Shown: positions 1-10,506 of the stretch, piece after piece
Position numbering within the stretch: the stretch's first letter is position 1
Layout: every line of letters begins with the position of its first letter
NCBI GenBank assembly: GCA_965277405.1
Contig: OZ255726.1
Span: forward strand, 1,984,001-2,048,000
Source of the DNA: Gammaproteobacteria bacterium
GTDB lineage: Bacteria; Pseudomonadota; Gammaproteobacteria; G965277405
Direction of reading: 5' to 3'
DNA: 64,000 bases
Translations under genes and position numbers: made by a program
Notes under the pieces: generated by a model
Databases searched by the model: none
What the model saw: the letters and a program-made list of their open reading frames with translations, nothing else
Told to the model about the DNA's origin: nothing

Positions 1-300
1 CGCCGCAAACAATACCAGCCGCGGTTATTGCGGTGTAAGCGGATATTGCAATAATTCCAAAGTCCAGCGCGCAATTGCGGTGTAAATAGCGGTGTAAATC
101 AGCGCGATTGTAAAAAACACACAATAATAGCAATAAAAGTTACAATAGTTGTTGATTAAAGATATGCATCGTATATCTTACACCCATGAACCGAGCGTGC
201 AGACGCGAAAGTTTCCGGAACAACGGCTGAATACAAATGGAGGATGCATACGAATTCAGTCAAAATTTATTAAAACTGTATAACCCAATTGGAGATACCT

Positions 301-3117
301 ATGAAAAAATCGTTAGTTGCTCTCGCAGTTGCCGGCGCCTTTGCAGCCCCGCTAACAGCTCAAGCTGACGTAGCCATATCTGGTAATGTCAACCTAAAAC
401 TCAACCTTTCGTCACAAGATGGCGATACCAAAAAAAATGCAAATGTATCGTCTGGTGATGTCCGCGTCAATTTTGCCGCACAGCAAGACGTTGGCTTTGG
501 TGAAGTGTTCGGTAATATTCGCCTCGATGCTGATGGACTGAGTGGTACTGCCCCAGAGACAGACAGTGTATATGCAGGTATCAGAGGTGATTTTGGTACC
601 GTAACCGTTGGTGATCATTCGGTGCACGGCAACTATGCTGGCTATAACTGGTTTGATACCATGATTGGTTATTCTGATGCTGCCTTGGTGTACGAAGCGC
701 CAGAATTCGTCGCAGGTCTGAGCATCGGTCTTCAGTTAATAGGCACAACGTATGCTGACATTGCGGCTAAAGATATAGCACAGGTAGGAACAGCCGCAGC
801 TAATTATTCGCCACAGGTCGGAACACCAGGTAAGAAAGCTGTGGCAGCCTCAGTAGATTATGCGGCACAGGTAGGAACTCCAGCCTCAGATGATTATGCG
901 GCACAAGTAGGAACAGCAGGTGTGGATGCTGTGCCAGCCTCAGATGATTATGCGGCACAGGTAGGAACAGCAGCCTCAGATGATTTTAAGGCACAGGTAG
1001 GAACAGCAGCCTCAGCTAATTATGCGGCACAGGTAGGAACAGCAGCCTCGTCAGATTATGTGGCACAGGTAGGAACAGCAGCCTCATCAGATTATGTGGC
1101 ACAGGTAGGAACAGCAGCCTCGTCAGATTATGTGGCACAGGTAGGAACAGCAGCCTCATCAGATTATGTGGCGCAGGTCGGAACTGCAGCCTCAGCTGAT
1201 TATGTGCAAGGTCAAGCAGGAACTCCAGCCTCATCAGATTATGCGGCACAGGTAGGAACAGCAGCCTCAGCAGATTATGTGGAGCAGGTCGGAACTGCAG
1301 CCTCAGCTGATTATGCGGCACAGGTCGGAACTGCAGCCTCAGATGATTATGCGGCACAGGTTGGAACTGCAGCCTCAGATGATTATGCGGCACAGGTCGG
1401 AACTGCAGCCTCAGATGATTATGCGGCACAGGTCGGAACTGCAGCCTCAGATGATTATGCGGCACAGGTCGGAACTGCAGCCTCAGATGATTATGCGGCA
1501 CAGGTCGGAACTGCAGCCTCAGATGATTATGCGGCACAGGTCGGAACTGCAGCCTCAGATGATTTTAAGGCACAGGTAGGAACAGCAGCCTCAGATAATT
1601 ATGCGCCAGCGACAGGAACAATAGCTGGAGGAGATTTTGTGGCAGCGACAGGAACTGCAGCCTCAGGTGATTTTAAGGCACAGGTAGGAACAGCAGCCTC
1701 AGGTGATTATGCGGCACAGGTCGGAACTGCAGCCTCAGGTGATTATGCGGCACAGGTTGGAACTGCAGCCTCAGGTGATTATGCGGCACAGGTCGGAACT
1801 GCAGCCTCAGGTGATTATGCGGCACAGGTCGGAACTGCAGCCTCAGGTGATTATGCGGCACAGGTTGGAACTGCAGCCTCAGCTAATTATGCGGCACAGG
1901 TAGGAACAGCAGCCTCAGCTAATTATGCGGCACAGGTAGGAACAGCAGCCTCAGCTAATTATGCGGCACAGGTCGGAACTGCAGCCTCAGATGATTATGC
2001 GCCAGCGACAGGAACAGCAGCAGTGGCAGCTGTGCAACAGCAAGGAACAGCAGCCTCAGATGATTATGCGCCAGCGACAGGAACAGCAGCCTCAGATGAT
2101 TATGCGCCAGCGACAGGAACAGCAGCCTCAGATGATTATGCGCCAGCGACAGGAACAGCAGCCTCAGCGGGTTATGCGGCGCAAGTGGGAACAGCAGCCT
2201 CATCAGATTATGCGCCAGCGACAGGAACAGCAGCCTCAGCGGGTTATGCGCCAGCGACAGGAACAGCAGCCTCAGCGGGTTATGCGGCACAGGTAGGAAC
2301 AGCAGCAGTGGCAGCTATTCCACCCTCTACGAATTATAAGGCACAGGTAGGAACAGCAGCCTCTGCGAATTATAAGGCACAGGTAGGAACACCAGCCTCA
2401 GCTGATTATAAGCCAGCGGTAGGGAAAAAAGGCGAAACGGGTTATACGGCACAGGTAGGAACAGCAGCCTCAGTAGCTTATGCGGTAGCGGTAGGGAAAG
2501 AAGGCGAAGCGGGTTATACACCACAGGTAGGAACAGCAGCTATACCAGCTGTTCCACCCTCTGCGGACTATAAGGCACAGGTAGGAACACCAGCCTCAGC
2601 TGATTATAAACCAGCGGACACAATTGCAAAACATGTGCAAAAACAAGAAACAACAGCCTTTGCAATTGGCTATACCAGTGATTTGGGTACAGCTGGGGTG
2701 ATAAAACTTGCTTACAGCCAAGCTACACAAAAAGTATCTGATGAAGATAGTCACGGTAAACAGACTAACGAATCTGAAAACCACATCGGTTTTGGCTATA
2801 GCAATATGGGTTTTGGAATAGCCTATGATCAGCTCACTAGAAAAACTAAGGAAGACTCAGTGTCGAAAGCGGATACTAAGACTACTGAAATAACCCTAAG
2901 TTATGCAACAGGTCCTGTCTCAGTCAATCTTGTTAGTGCCACCCAAAAGCAAGAAAAAGTTGAAGAAACTAAAGCAACGGTGATCAACATTGACTATACA
3001 TTAGCAGCTAATACCAGTATTAGATTGCGCAATGTAACTAGTCCAGTAACAGATCTAGCTAAAAACACTGAAGTTAAAAACAATTCTACTTTCATAGAAT
3101 TACGCCAATCGTTCTAA
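301..3117 (+). CDS. Gram-negative porin-family outer-membrane protein with ~610-aa internal tandem-repeat insertion
   Basis: Signal peptide MKKSLVALAVAGAFAAPLTAQA|D; porin-like N-terminal strands (VAISGNVNLKL, VYAGIRGDFGTVTVG); C-terminal alternating strands ending in F (TFIELRQSF). ATG at 301 follows GGAG SD. Confidence 0.8.
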   Translation: MKKSLVALAVAGAFAAPLTAQADVAISGNVNLKLNLSSQDGDTKKNANVSSGDVRVNFAAQQDVGFGEVFGNIRLDADGLSGTAPETDSVYAGIRGDFGTVTVGDHSVHGNYAGYNWFDTMIGYSDAALVYEAPEFVAGLSIGLQLIGTTYADIAAKDIAQVGTAAANYSPQVGTPGKKAVAASVDYAAQVGTPASDDYAAQVGTAGVDAVPASDDYAAQVGTAASDDFKAQVGTAASANYAAQVGTAASSDYVAQVGTAASSDYVAQVGTAASSDYVAQVGTAASSDYVAQVGTAASADYVQGQAGTPASSDYAAQVGTAASADYVEQVGTAASADYAAQVGTAASDDYAAQVGTAASDDYAAQVGTAASDDYAAQVGTAASDDYAAQVGTAASDDYAAQVGTAASDDYAAQVGTAASDDFKAQVGTAASDNYAPATGTIAGGDFVAATGTAASGDFKAQVGTAASGDYAAQVGTAASGDYAAQVGTAASGDYAAQVGTAASGDYAAQVGTAASGDYAAQVGTAASANYAAQVGTAASANYAAQVGTAASANYAAQVGTAASDDYAPATGTAAVAAVQQQGTAASDDYAPATGTAASDDYAPATGTAASDDYAPATGTAASAGYAAQVGTAASSDYAPATGTAASAGYAPATGTAASAGYAAQVGTAAVAAIPPSTNYKAQVGTAASANYKAQVGTPASADYKPAVGKKGETGYTAQVGTAASVAYAVAVGKEGEAGYTPQVGTAAIPAVPPSADYKAQVGTPASADYKPADTIAKHVQKQETTAFAIGYTSDLGTAGVIKLAYSQATQKVSDEDSHGKQTNESENHIGFGYSNMGFGIAYDQLTRKTKEDSVSKADTKTTEITLSYATGPVSVNLVSATQKQEKVEETKATVINIDYTLAANTSIRLRNVTSPVTDLAKNTEVKNNSTFIELRQSF
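781..2616 (+). repeat. ~49 units of a 36-bp coding tandem repeat (consensus QVGTAASxxYAA)
   Basis: Unit CAGGTCGGAACTGCAGCCTCAGATGATTATGCGGCA repeats with 36-bp period (e.g. 1321, 1357, 1393, 1429, 1465, 1501); units counted by hand. Confidence 0.97.
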
Positions 3118-3131
3118 TCAACCAACACAAC

Positions 3132-3162
3132 AAAAAAGGGAGCTTTGGCTCCCTTTTTTTTT
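3132..3162 (+). terminator. Rho-independent (bidirectional-type) terminator
   Basis: AAAAAA-GGGAGC-TTTG-GCTCCC-TTTTTTTTT just after the porin stop. Confidence 0.9.
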
Positions 3163-3193
3163 GGCTATAATAACCTGAGCAATTTTAAAACTG

Positions 3194-5056
3194 ATGTGGT
3201 TTGAACAACTTGGTTTAGTGTCTGGGCAGCGCCATCTGCTCAATGATTCCAAAACCCCCTCTGGGCGCATCCATGTTGGTGCGTTGCGCGGGGTGTTGTT
3301 GCACGATGCCTTGTTGCGGCTGTTAGGCAATATGGGCGCTGATGGTGAATTTGTATATGGTATTGATGATTTCGACCCCATCGATGCCCTGCCAGCAGAT
3401 GCCCCTGCTGAGCTGCAGGCACAAATGGGTATGCCGTTATTTGCGGTGCAATATCCTGGCAGCAGCAGCAACGTTGCCGAATATTATGCGCAGGAGTTTT
3501 TACAAGTATGCGCCGAGCTTGGGGTTAATTTTTCGCTATACCGCACCAGTGAAATGTATCGCTCTGGCAAGTTTAACGCCGCCATTGCCACTATTTTGCA
3601 ACATGCCCCGCAGGTGCGCGCGATATACCGCAGCGTCAGCGGCAGCCACAAACCTGCAGATTGGTATCCTTTTCAAGTTATTTGCCAACATTGTGGTCAG
3701 CTCGGCGCTACCAAAGTCCATGGCTTTGATGGCAAAGTGGTTACTTATACCTGCCAGCCTAGGGCAGTTGCCTGGGCTAAGGGCTGTGGCATTACTGATA
3801 CAATTTCGCCATATGACGGCAACGGTAAACTGCCGTGGAAACTCGAATGGGTGGCTAAATGGCTGACATTTGGGGTAACGCTGGAAGGTTCTGGCAAAGA
3901 CCATTGCACCAAAGGCGGCTCGCGCGATGTTGCCGACCGCTGCATCCGTGAGATATTCCAACAACAGCCGCCGTTAAATTTAGCGTATGAATTCTTTTTG
4001 GTCGGCGGTGCCAAAATGAGCTCTTCTAAAGGTGTCGGCTACTCTGCCCGCGCCATGGCAGATTTTCTGCCTGCCAATATATTGCGTTATTTAATGCTGC
4101 GCACCCAGCCCAAACACGTGGTTAATTTTGCTACAGACCTTGCCTATATCAGCCGGTTGTATAATGAATACGATCAATTGGCGCAGCAATATAGTAACGC
4201 CACCATCACTGCTGCCAACAAGCAATTGTTTGAAATCTGCCAGCCCCAGTTGCCAGTTGCATCTACCTTCCAGCCAAATTTTCAATTATTAACAGCATTG
4301 GCACAACTCCCCCATCTTGATACCGCGCAAACAATTATCCAGCGCCAAGATACCCCATTGTCAGCGGCAGATATTGCAGTGTTACACCAGCGCATCGTCT
4401 CTGCTAAATATTGGCTGCAACATTTTGCCGACCCGGCAGACGTTATTAGCATTCAACAACAATTGCCGCCAGCTGTCGCAGCTTTATCGCTGCCGCAACG
4501 CATCTATTTGCAGCTATTAGCAGACATTATTCCCGCTAATACCATCAACAATGAGCAGCAATATCAACAATTGTTATTTGATACAGCCAGGCTGGTGCCG
4601 TTAGCTGCAAGCGATGCCTTTGCTGCAATTTATCAAGCATTGCTAGCTGCCACGCGCGGGCCACGCGCAGGATCATTGCTGCATTATCTTGATGCTGGGT
4701 TCGTGCAGCAGCGCTTGCAGGCAACTGCGTTGACACTTGCTGAAGTCAAGCAATTTATTGCTGGTAAAATTACTGATATCGCCACGTTGCAGCTTGAATT
4801 AACTAAATTTGCTGATAAATCGCCGATTGTAGCTATTGGCACAGCGCTGATTGACGATGACTGCACTGAATTGCTGATTACCCAAGCCAATGGTGTGGTG
4901 CAGGTGCAATATACCTCACGACTGCCGGCAAATATCACCTTGACTAACTCTGCTGTGGTGGTGCAACAGGGCGACAGCGTGTTGACACCATTGCGGATGC
5001 GACTTGGTGAGACAAGTCGGGCGCAGGGTGTTCCCTCTAATAAACATATCAATTAA
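3194..5056 (+). CDS. lysK: Class I lysyl-tRNA synthetase
   Basis: HIGH-like motif TPSGRIHVGALRG, KMSSSKG motif, CxxC (CQHCG), GNGKLPWKLEW and EGSGKDH motifs typical of LysRS1; extra ~100-aa C-terminal tail. Confidence 0.9.
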   Translation: MWFEQLGLVSGQRHLLNDSKTPSGRIHVGALRGVLLHDALLRLLGNMGADGEFVYGIDDFDPIDALPADAPAELQAQMGMPLFAVQYPGSSSNVAEYYAQEFLQVCAELGVNFSLYRTSEMYRSGKFNAAIATILQHAPQVRAIYRSVSGSHKPADWYPFQVICQHCGQLGATKVHGFDGKVVTYTCQPRAVAWAKGCGITDTISPYDGNGKLPWKLEWVAKWLTFGVTLEGSGKDHCTKGGSRDVADRCIREIFQQQPPLNLAYEFFLVGGAKMSSSKGVGYSARAMADFLPANILRYLMLRTQPKHVVNFATDLAYISRLYNEYDQLAQQYSNATITAANKQLFEICQPQLPVASTFQPNFQLLTALAQLPHLDTAQTIIQRQDTPLSAADIAVLHQRIVSAKYWLQHFADPADVISIQQQLPPAVAALSLPQRIYLQLLADIIPANTINNEQQYQQLLFDTARLVPLAASDAFAAIYQALLAATRGPRAGSLLHYLDAGFVQQRLQATALTLAEVKQFIAGKITDIATLQLELTKFADKSPIVAIGTALIDDDCTELLITQANGVVQVQYTSRLPANITLTNSAVVVQQGDSVLTPLRMRLGETSRAQGVPSNKHIN

Positions 5057-5115
5057 CGCATTAATTGCGTGTTGCATCTTGTAGTTCAAAATTGTTGAAT
5101 TAAAATCGCGCGCCA

Positions 5116-5191
<76 letters not shown>

Positions 5192-5207
5192 TTGTTAAGG
5201 TAGTTCT

Positions 5208-5292
5208 GGAGAGGTTGGGGAGCGGTCAAACCCAACAGACTGTAAATCTGTCGCCTCGTGCTTCGAAGGTTCGAATCCTTCCCTCTCCACCA
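5208..5292 (+). tRNA. tRNA-Tyr (GTA)
   Basis: Anticodon loop CTGTAAA, long variable arm, GGTTCGAATCC, CCA end. Confidence 0.95.
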
Positions 5293-5305
5293 CATGCGGG
5301 TACAT

Positions 5306-5379
<74 letters not shown>

Positions 5380-5402
5380 TAATGGTGCATAGTTATGAAT
5401 TT

Positions 5403-5450
5403 TTAGGAATAGTTAGGAATAGTTAGGAATAGTTAGGAATAGTTAGGAAT
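5403..5450. repeat. 10-bp tandem repeat TTAGGAATAG x~5
   Basis: Seen directly between tRNA-Gly and tRNA-Thr. Confidence 0.95.
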
Positions 5451-5480
5451 TGCTAGGCGTTGTTGATAGGGCAGCAGTGT

Positions 5481-5556
<76 letters not shown>

Positions 5557-5655
5557 TAGTAAATAATAATATTAAACTCAACAAGACAACTTGAGCACAA
5601 GATAGCAAAAAGATTGAAACTAATCACCACATTTGCTGATGGCTCGCTACTATGA

Positions 5656-5795
5656 CGCGCCTGTGGCGTACCAAGAAAAATCCTTACGACCGCGCAGTGG
5701 CGTAACTAGGAAAATCCTTAAAAGGCCGCGCAGTGGCGTAGCTAGGAAAATCCCAAAGGTCGCGCCTGTGGTATACGCAGAAAAATCCTCATAAC
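5656..5795. repeat. Four degenerate 34-36-bp tandem repeats in the tuf leader
   Basis: Units start at 5656, 5691, 5727, 5761; conserved CGCGC(CT/A)GTGGYRTA and AGRAAAATCC blocks. Confidence 0.85.
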
Positions 5796-5857
5796 CGCAG
5801 CAAATAACACGGACTGGGGTAGGACTTAATTTTAATACCGAATTGGAGTTTGCAACG

Positions 5858-7051
5858 ATGGCAAAAGAGAAATTTGATCGCTCAAAAGATCACGTAAACG
5901 TTGGGACAATTGGTCACGTCGATCATGGAAAAACAACTTTAACAGCTGCATTAACCAAAGTCTGTAACGAGGCATATGGTGGGGGTGAAATCCGTGCATT
6001 TAATGAAATAGACAATGCCCCAGAAGAAAAAAAACGCGGGATAACAATTGCAACATCCCATGTGGAATATGTCAGCACTAAACGTCATTATGCCCATGTA
6101 GATTGCCCAGGCCACGCTGACTATATCAAAAACATGATTACTGGTGCCGCGCAAATGGACGGTGCTATTTTGGTTATCGCCGCAACAGATGGCCCGATGG
6201 CGCAGACGCGTGAACATATTTTGCTGGCGCGCCAAGTCGGTGTGCCGTATATTATTGTGTTTTTGAACAAAGTCGACATGGTCGATGATGAGGAATTGAT
6301 TGAGCTGGTAGAAATGGAAGTGCGGGAATTGTTGGATTCACAAGGTTTTCCTGGTGATGACACTCCTGTTATTATTGGTTCTGCACTCAAAGCACTTGCT
6401 GGCGAAGAATCTGAGATTGGGGTTGAGTCAGTCAAAAAATTGGTAACAACACTCGATGAATATATCCCGCAGCCCAAACGCGATATCGACAAGCCGTTTT
6501 TAATGCCGATTGAAGATGTATTCAGTATCGAAGGTCGTGGTACGGTGGTCACAGGACGGATTGAGCGTGGTATCGTTAAGGTAGCTGATGAAGTTGCTAT
6601 TATTGGCGTCAAAGACACGGTAAATACCACCTGCACTGGCATAGAAATGTTCCGCAAGCTATTAGACGAAGGTAGAGCTGGCGAAAACGTTGGGGTATTG
6701 CTGCGCGGGATTAAGCGTGAAGACGTCGAACGTGGTCAAGTACTTGCGCTGCCGAAGTCGATTACTCCACACACAGAATTTGAATGCGAGGTATACGTGC
6801 TTAGCAAAGAAGAAGGCGGGCGTCACACTCCTTTTTTCAAAGGATACCGTCCGCAGTTTTATTTCCGTACCACCGATGTAACTGGTTCGTGTGAATTACC
6901 AGAAGGCACTGATATGGTAATGCCTGGTGATAATGTTAAAATGGACGTAACCCTGATTGTGCCGATTGCCATGGATGAAGGTCTGCGATTTGCTATTCGT
7001 GAAGGTGGTCGTACTGTCGGTGCGGGTGTTGTAACAAAAATCAGCAAGTAA
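5858..7051 (+). CDS. tuf: Elongation factor Tu
   Basis: [44 protein letters not shown]. Confidence 0.99.
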   Translation: MAKEKFDRSKDHVNVGTIGHVDHGKTTLTAALTKVCNEAYGGGEIRAFNEIDNAPEEKKRGITIATSHVEYVSTKRHYAHVDCPGHADYIKNMITGAAQMDGAILVIAATDGPMAQTREHILLARQVGVPYIIVFLNKVDMVDDEELIELVEMEVRELLDSQGFPGDDTPVIIGSALKALAGEESEIGVESVKKLVTTLDEYIPQPKRDIDKPFLMPIEDVFSIEGRGTVVTGRIERGIVKVADEVAIIGVKDTVNTTCTGIEMFRKLLDEGRAGENVGVLLRGIKREDVERGQVLALPKSITPHTEFECEVYVLSKEEGGRHTPFFKGYRPQFYFRTTDVTGSCELPEGTDMVMPGDNVKMDVTLIVPIAMDEGLRFAIREGGRTVGAGVVTKISK

Positions 7052-7060
7052 CTTAATCTT

Positions 7061-7136
<76 letters not shown>

Positions 7137-7166
7137 GTAACGATCACTGCAAAACAAATACCATAT

Positions 7167-7541
7167 ATGGCAAAGATTCAAACAACCCCAATGAGTACTA
7201 CTCTTGATTGGGCAAAGTGGCTGATAGCCATCGCAATATTGATTATGGTTGCGTTTGCAAATGAGTTTTATGTAGAGCAAATAGCTCTATTGTATCGTGT
7301 TGTTGGTATTTGTGCCAGTGTTATGGTTGCAGCTGTATTGCTTGCGTATACGACCCAAGGTGCTTCATTCATGCGCTTGATGCGTGAATCGCGCATTGAA
7401 ATTCGCAAAGTAGTGTGGCCAACACGCCAGGAAACGCTGCAAACAACGTTGGTGGTGATTGCGGTTATTTTTGTGGTCGGGTTGTTGTTGTGGGGTATTG
7501 ATTCGGTTTTTTCTTGGCTCGTGTCAATTGTTTTGGGGTAG
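7167..7541 (+). CDS. secE: Preprotein translocase subunit SecE
   Basis: EIRKVVWPTRQET motif, three TM segments. Confidence 0.95.
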   Translation: MAKIQTTPMSTTLDWAKWLIAIAILIMVAFANEFYVEQIALLYRVVGICASVMVAAVLLAYTTQGASFMRLMRESRIEIRKVVWPTRQETLQTTLVVIAVIFVVGLLLWGIDSVFSWLVSIVLG

Positions 7542-7543
7542 AT

Positions 7544-8107
7544 ATGGATGATATTGAACAACAGCACAGTAAATTAAGATGGTATGTGATTCATGCGTAT
7601 TCTGGTTTTGAAAAACGGGTGAAGAAATTGCTCGAAGAGCAGATTGAACTTAAACAATTGCAGCATAGATTTGGACGGATACTCGTTCCTAGCGAAGATG
7701 TTTTTGAGCTAAGAAACGGCAAAAAACGCCAGAGTGAACGGCGGTTTTTTCCTGGTTATGTGTTAATTGAAATGGAAAATGATGAAAACCGTGAAGCTTG
7801 GCATCTGATTCGTCGCACCCCTAAAGTCATTGGTTTTATTGGCGGAACGGTTGATAATCCTTCGCCAATTTCGGAAAAAGAAGCGAATGATATTTTGATG
7901 CGTATCCACGATAGCACTAGTGACATTAAGCCAAAACAGGTGTTTCAAGTTGGTGAGGTTGTCCGCGTGATTGATGGTCCGTTTGCCGATTTTAATGGCA
8001 CGATTGAAGCTGTGAATTATCCCAAAAACAGGGTGCAGGTTTCAGTAGGTATTTTTGGTAGAACAACGCCTGTTGAGCTTGAGTTTCATCAAGTCAACAA
8101 GAGTTAG
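7544..8107 (+). CDS. nusG: Transcription antitermination factor NusG
   Basis: WYVIHAYSGFE, FFPGYVLIEM, KOW VRVIDGPFADF, IFGRTTPVELEF. Confidence 0.97.
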   Translation: MDDIEQQHSKLRWYVIHAYSGFEKRVKKLLEEQIELKQLQHRFGRILVPSEDVFELRNGKKRQSERRFFPGYVLIEMENDENREAWHLIRRTPKVIGFIGGTVDNPSPISEKEANDILMRIHDSTSDIKPKQVFQVGEVVRVIDGPFADFNGTIEAVNYPKNRVQVSVGIFGRTTPVELEFHQVNKS

Positions 8108-8204
8108 TCAAGCTATGGTGGTAAATATATAATGGTTTTGGTGAATAATGAGCAACCGTGCAGCACCCAGTCAAAATTTAAACAGCCTTTAATAGAGAAT
8201 ACAC

Positions 8205-8639
8205 ATGGCAATTAAAGTATTAGCGAATGTCAAGCTGCAGATTCCTGCGGGTAAGGCACAGCCTTCTCCTCCTATTGGTCCTGCATTGGGGCAACATGGG
8301 GTGGATATAAAGAGTTTTTGTAAAGAGTTTAATGCTGCAACCCAGCATGTTGAGCTAGGGCTGCCTATTCCCATTGTTATCACTATATATGCTGACAAAA
8401 AAAGATCATTCAGTTTTGTGCAAAAAAGCCCGCCAGCGGCGGTTTTATTAAAAAAAGCTGCAGGAGTTTCTGCAGGCAGCGCAACACCGCACACCAACAA
8501 AGTTGGTTCGGTAAGTCAAGCGCAGCTGGCAGACATAGCTGCGACTAAAAAGGATGATTTAACTGGTGGAGATGAAGATGCCTGTAAGCGAATTCTTGCA
8601 GGTACCGCAAGAAGTATGGGAATTGAGGTAGTAGCATGA
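8205..8639 (+). CDS. rplK: 50S ribosomal protein L11
   Basis: [33 protein letters not shown]. Confidence 0.97.
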   Translation: MAIKVLANVKLQIPAGKAQPSPPIGPALGQHGVDIKSFCKEFNAATQHVELGLPIPIVITIYADKKRSFSFVQKSPPAAVLLKKAAGVSAGSATPHTNKVGSVSQAQLADIAATKKDDLTGGDEDACKRILAGTARSMGIEVVA

Positions 8640-9322
8640 CACAGCTAAGCAAACGAAAAAAAACTCTATTAGAGCAGATTGATGGCACAAAAAAATACAA
8701 AATCAGTAAGGCCGCTGAATTATTGACTGCACATTCTACAGTAAAGTTTACTGAGAGCATTGATATTGCTATCAACTTAGGCGTTGACCCGAGTAAATCC
8801 GACCAAGTCGTGCGTGGTTCCGCTGTGCTGCCACATGGAACAGGAAAAACTGTGCGCGTGTATGCGATTTGCAAAGATGATGTTGTTACAGCGGCGCTAG
8901 CAGCAGGCGCAGCTAAAGCTGGCAATACAGAAATTATTGCAGAACTTGCCAAAGGTGAAATACATTTTGACGTGTTGATTGCCGCACCTGACTCGATGGC
9001 ATTGCTAGGAAAATATGGGCAATTACTAGGTCCACGTGGCTTGATGCCGAACCCCAAAACAGGGACAGTAAACGCAGACGTTGCGACTGCAGTTCGCCAT
9101 GCTAAAACCGGACAAGTGCGTTTTCGCACCGACAAAAAAGGTATTATTCATTGCATAGTTGGTAACGTTTCGTATTCAGGCGACAATATTGCTGAAAACG
9201 TGCAAACACTGCTTACTGAAATAAAACGCTTAAAACCCAGCGCCAGCAAAGGTGTGTATCTAAAAAAAGCCACATTGTCATCGACAATGGGGCCTGGTTT
9301 AGCAGTGGAGCTGGGTGCATAA
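8636..9322 (+). CDS. rplA: 50S ribosomal protein L1
   Basis: [29 protein letters not shown]. Confidence 0.97.
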   Translation: MTQLSKRKKTLLEQIDGTKKYKISKAAELLTAHSTVKFTESIDIAINLGVDPSKSDQVVRGSAVLPHGTGKTVRVYAICKDDVVTAALAAGAAKAGNTEIIAELAKGEIHFDVLIAAPDSMALLGKYGQLLGPRGLMPNPKTGTVNADVATAVRHAKTGQVRFRTDKKGIIHCIVGNVSYSGDNIAENVQTLLTEIKRLKPSASKGVYLKKATLSSTMGPGLAVELGA

Positions 9323-9348
9323 CCGCTAAAAATAGAATTTCAAGCGAC

Positions 9349-9416
9349 TTTGTCGTTGAAGACCGTAGGTATTGAGTTGTCAATATAAATGCGTGCAAGC
9401 GCAGCCTGCGCAAACG
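9349..9416 (+). promoter_or_regulatory. L10 leader (rplJ autoregulatory RNA element)
   Basis: GAAGACCGTAGG...CCTGCGCAAACG pattern upstream of rplJ, resembling the proteobacterial L10 leader; boundaries approximate. Confidence 0.7.
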
Positions 9417-9465
9417 CTGATGTCGATATTGGCATCTATTTTACACTTATTATAAGGAAGAACAT

Positions 9466-9993
9466 GTGGCAATAAACATTGCGTCAAAAAAGGAAATCGT
9501 TGCAGATATCCATGCGCTGGCAAGCACGGCGCTGGCTGCGATTATCGCGGATCATCAGGGTGTTAATGTCGAAAAAATGACATTGCTGCGTAAAGAAGCT
9601 CGACGCAACGGTGTTGATATACGGGTGGTGCGCAACACGCTGTTAAAACGTGCCGTTGTTGGTACGGATTTTGCATGCGCGGCTGATGCATTTACTGGTC
9701 CGACGATGATTGCGTTTTCGCAGAATGAGCCAGGTGCTGCAGCACGCTTGCTCAAAAACTTTGCGCAAGCAAACGAAACTTTTAAAGTCCGCGCATGCGT
9801 GATTAGTAGAACAATGCTCCCTGGCGACCAAATTGGTCGGTTGGCAGACTTGCCTACACAAGATCAGGCTGTTGCTATATTGATGGGAACTATGCTAGCT
9901 CCTATCGAAAAGCTTGCGCGTACACTTAATGATATTCCAGGCAAAACTGTCCGAGTGATTGCAGCAGTGCGCGATCTAAAACAGGCTGCCTAA
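9466..9993 (+). CDS. rplJ: 50S ribosomal protein L10
   Basis: VVRNTLLKRA, FTGPT motifs; GTG start after AAGGA. Confidence 0.95.
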   Translation: MAINIASKKEIVADIHALASTALAAIIADHQGVNVEKMTLLRKEARRNGVDIRVVRNTLLKRAVVGTDFACAADAFTGPTMIAFSQNEPGAAARLLKNFAQANETFKVRACVISRTMLPGDQIGRLADLPTQDQAVAILMGTMLAPIEKLARTLNDIPGKTVRVIAAVRDLKQAA

Positions 9994-10007
9994 CCTTGAG
10001 ATAAATT

Positions 10008-10379
10008 ATGAATAAAGAAGATATATTAAACACTATTGGTGAGATGACGGTCCTCGAAATTGTCGACCTTGTCAGCGCTATGGAAGAAAAATTTGGCGTA
10101 TCCGCAGCAGTACAAGCTGTAGCAGCCGCGCCAGTTGCTGCAGGTGATGCGGCGGTAGTTGAAGAACAAACCGAGTTTGAAGTAATCTTGACAGCTGTTG
10201 GTGCTAAAAAAATCAACGTGATTAAAGCGGTACGCAGCTTAACTGATCTTGGTTTGAAAGACGCTAAAGATTTGGTAGACGGTGCTCCAAGTTCGCTCAA
10301 AGCTGGGGTGAGCAAGGATGAAGCTGAAGCAATGCAAAAAGTTTTAGTCGAAGCTGGGGCGTCAGTCGAGCTGAAATAA
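10008..10379 (+). CDS. rplL: 50S ribosomal protein L7/L12
   Basis: [34 protein letters not shown]. Confidence 0.97.
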   Translation: MNKEDILNTIGEMTVLEIVDLVSAMEEKFGVSAAVQAVAAAPVAAGDAAVVEEQTEFEVILTAVGAKKINVIKAVRSLTDLGLKDAKDLVDGAPSSLKAGVSKDEAEAMQKVLVEAGASVELK

Positions 10380-10430
10380 GGAGTAGCAACATTTTTTTGC
10401 TGGAATACGTTGATTGACACAATGCCTGTG

Positions 10431-10460
10431 ACTGGCAAGGTCTGACCTTGCCAGTTTTTT
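10431..10460 (+). terminator. rplL-rpoB attenuator/terminator hairpin
   Basis: ACTGGCAAGGT-CTG-ACCTTGCCAGT followed by T run. Confidence 0.8.
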
Positions 10461-10506
10461 GGCGACTGTACGGCATACTTTTAACATCGCAACACATCGA
10501 GGTCAC

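Noticed and set aside
1016-2296. Repetitive alternative-frame ORFs (MPHNHLRLQF..., MRHRSELQPQ...)
   Set aside because: Shadow frames of the 36-bp coding repeat.
781-2616. 36-bp periodic array as a CRISPR array or ice-nucleation protein
   Set aside because: Units are contiguous, in frame and lack unique spacers, and no cas genes are present; the unit is 12 aa and lacks the 16-aa AGYGSTxTA INP consensus.
5656-5795. Mini-CRISPR or bona fide TIGR array
   Set aside because: Variable segments are only 3 and 7-9 nt, no box C/D motifs were recognised, and no cas or Nop-domain gene is nearby; kept only as an unexplained repeat.
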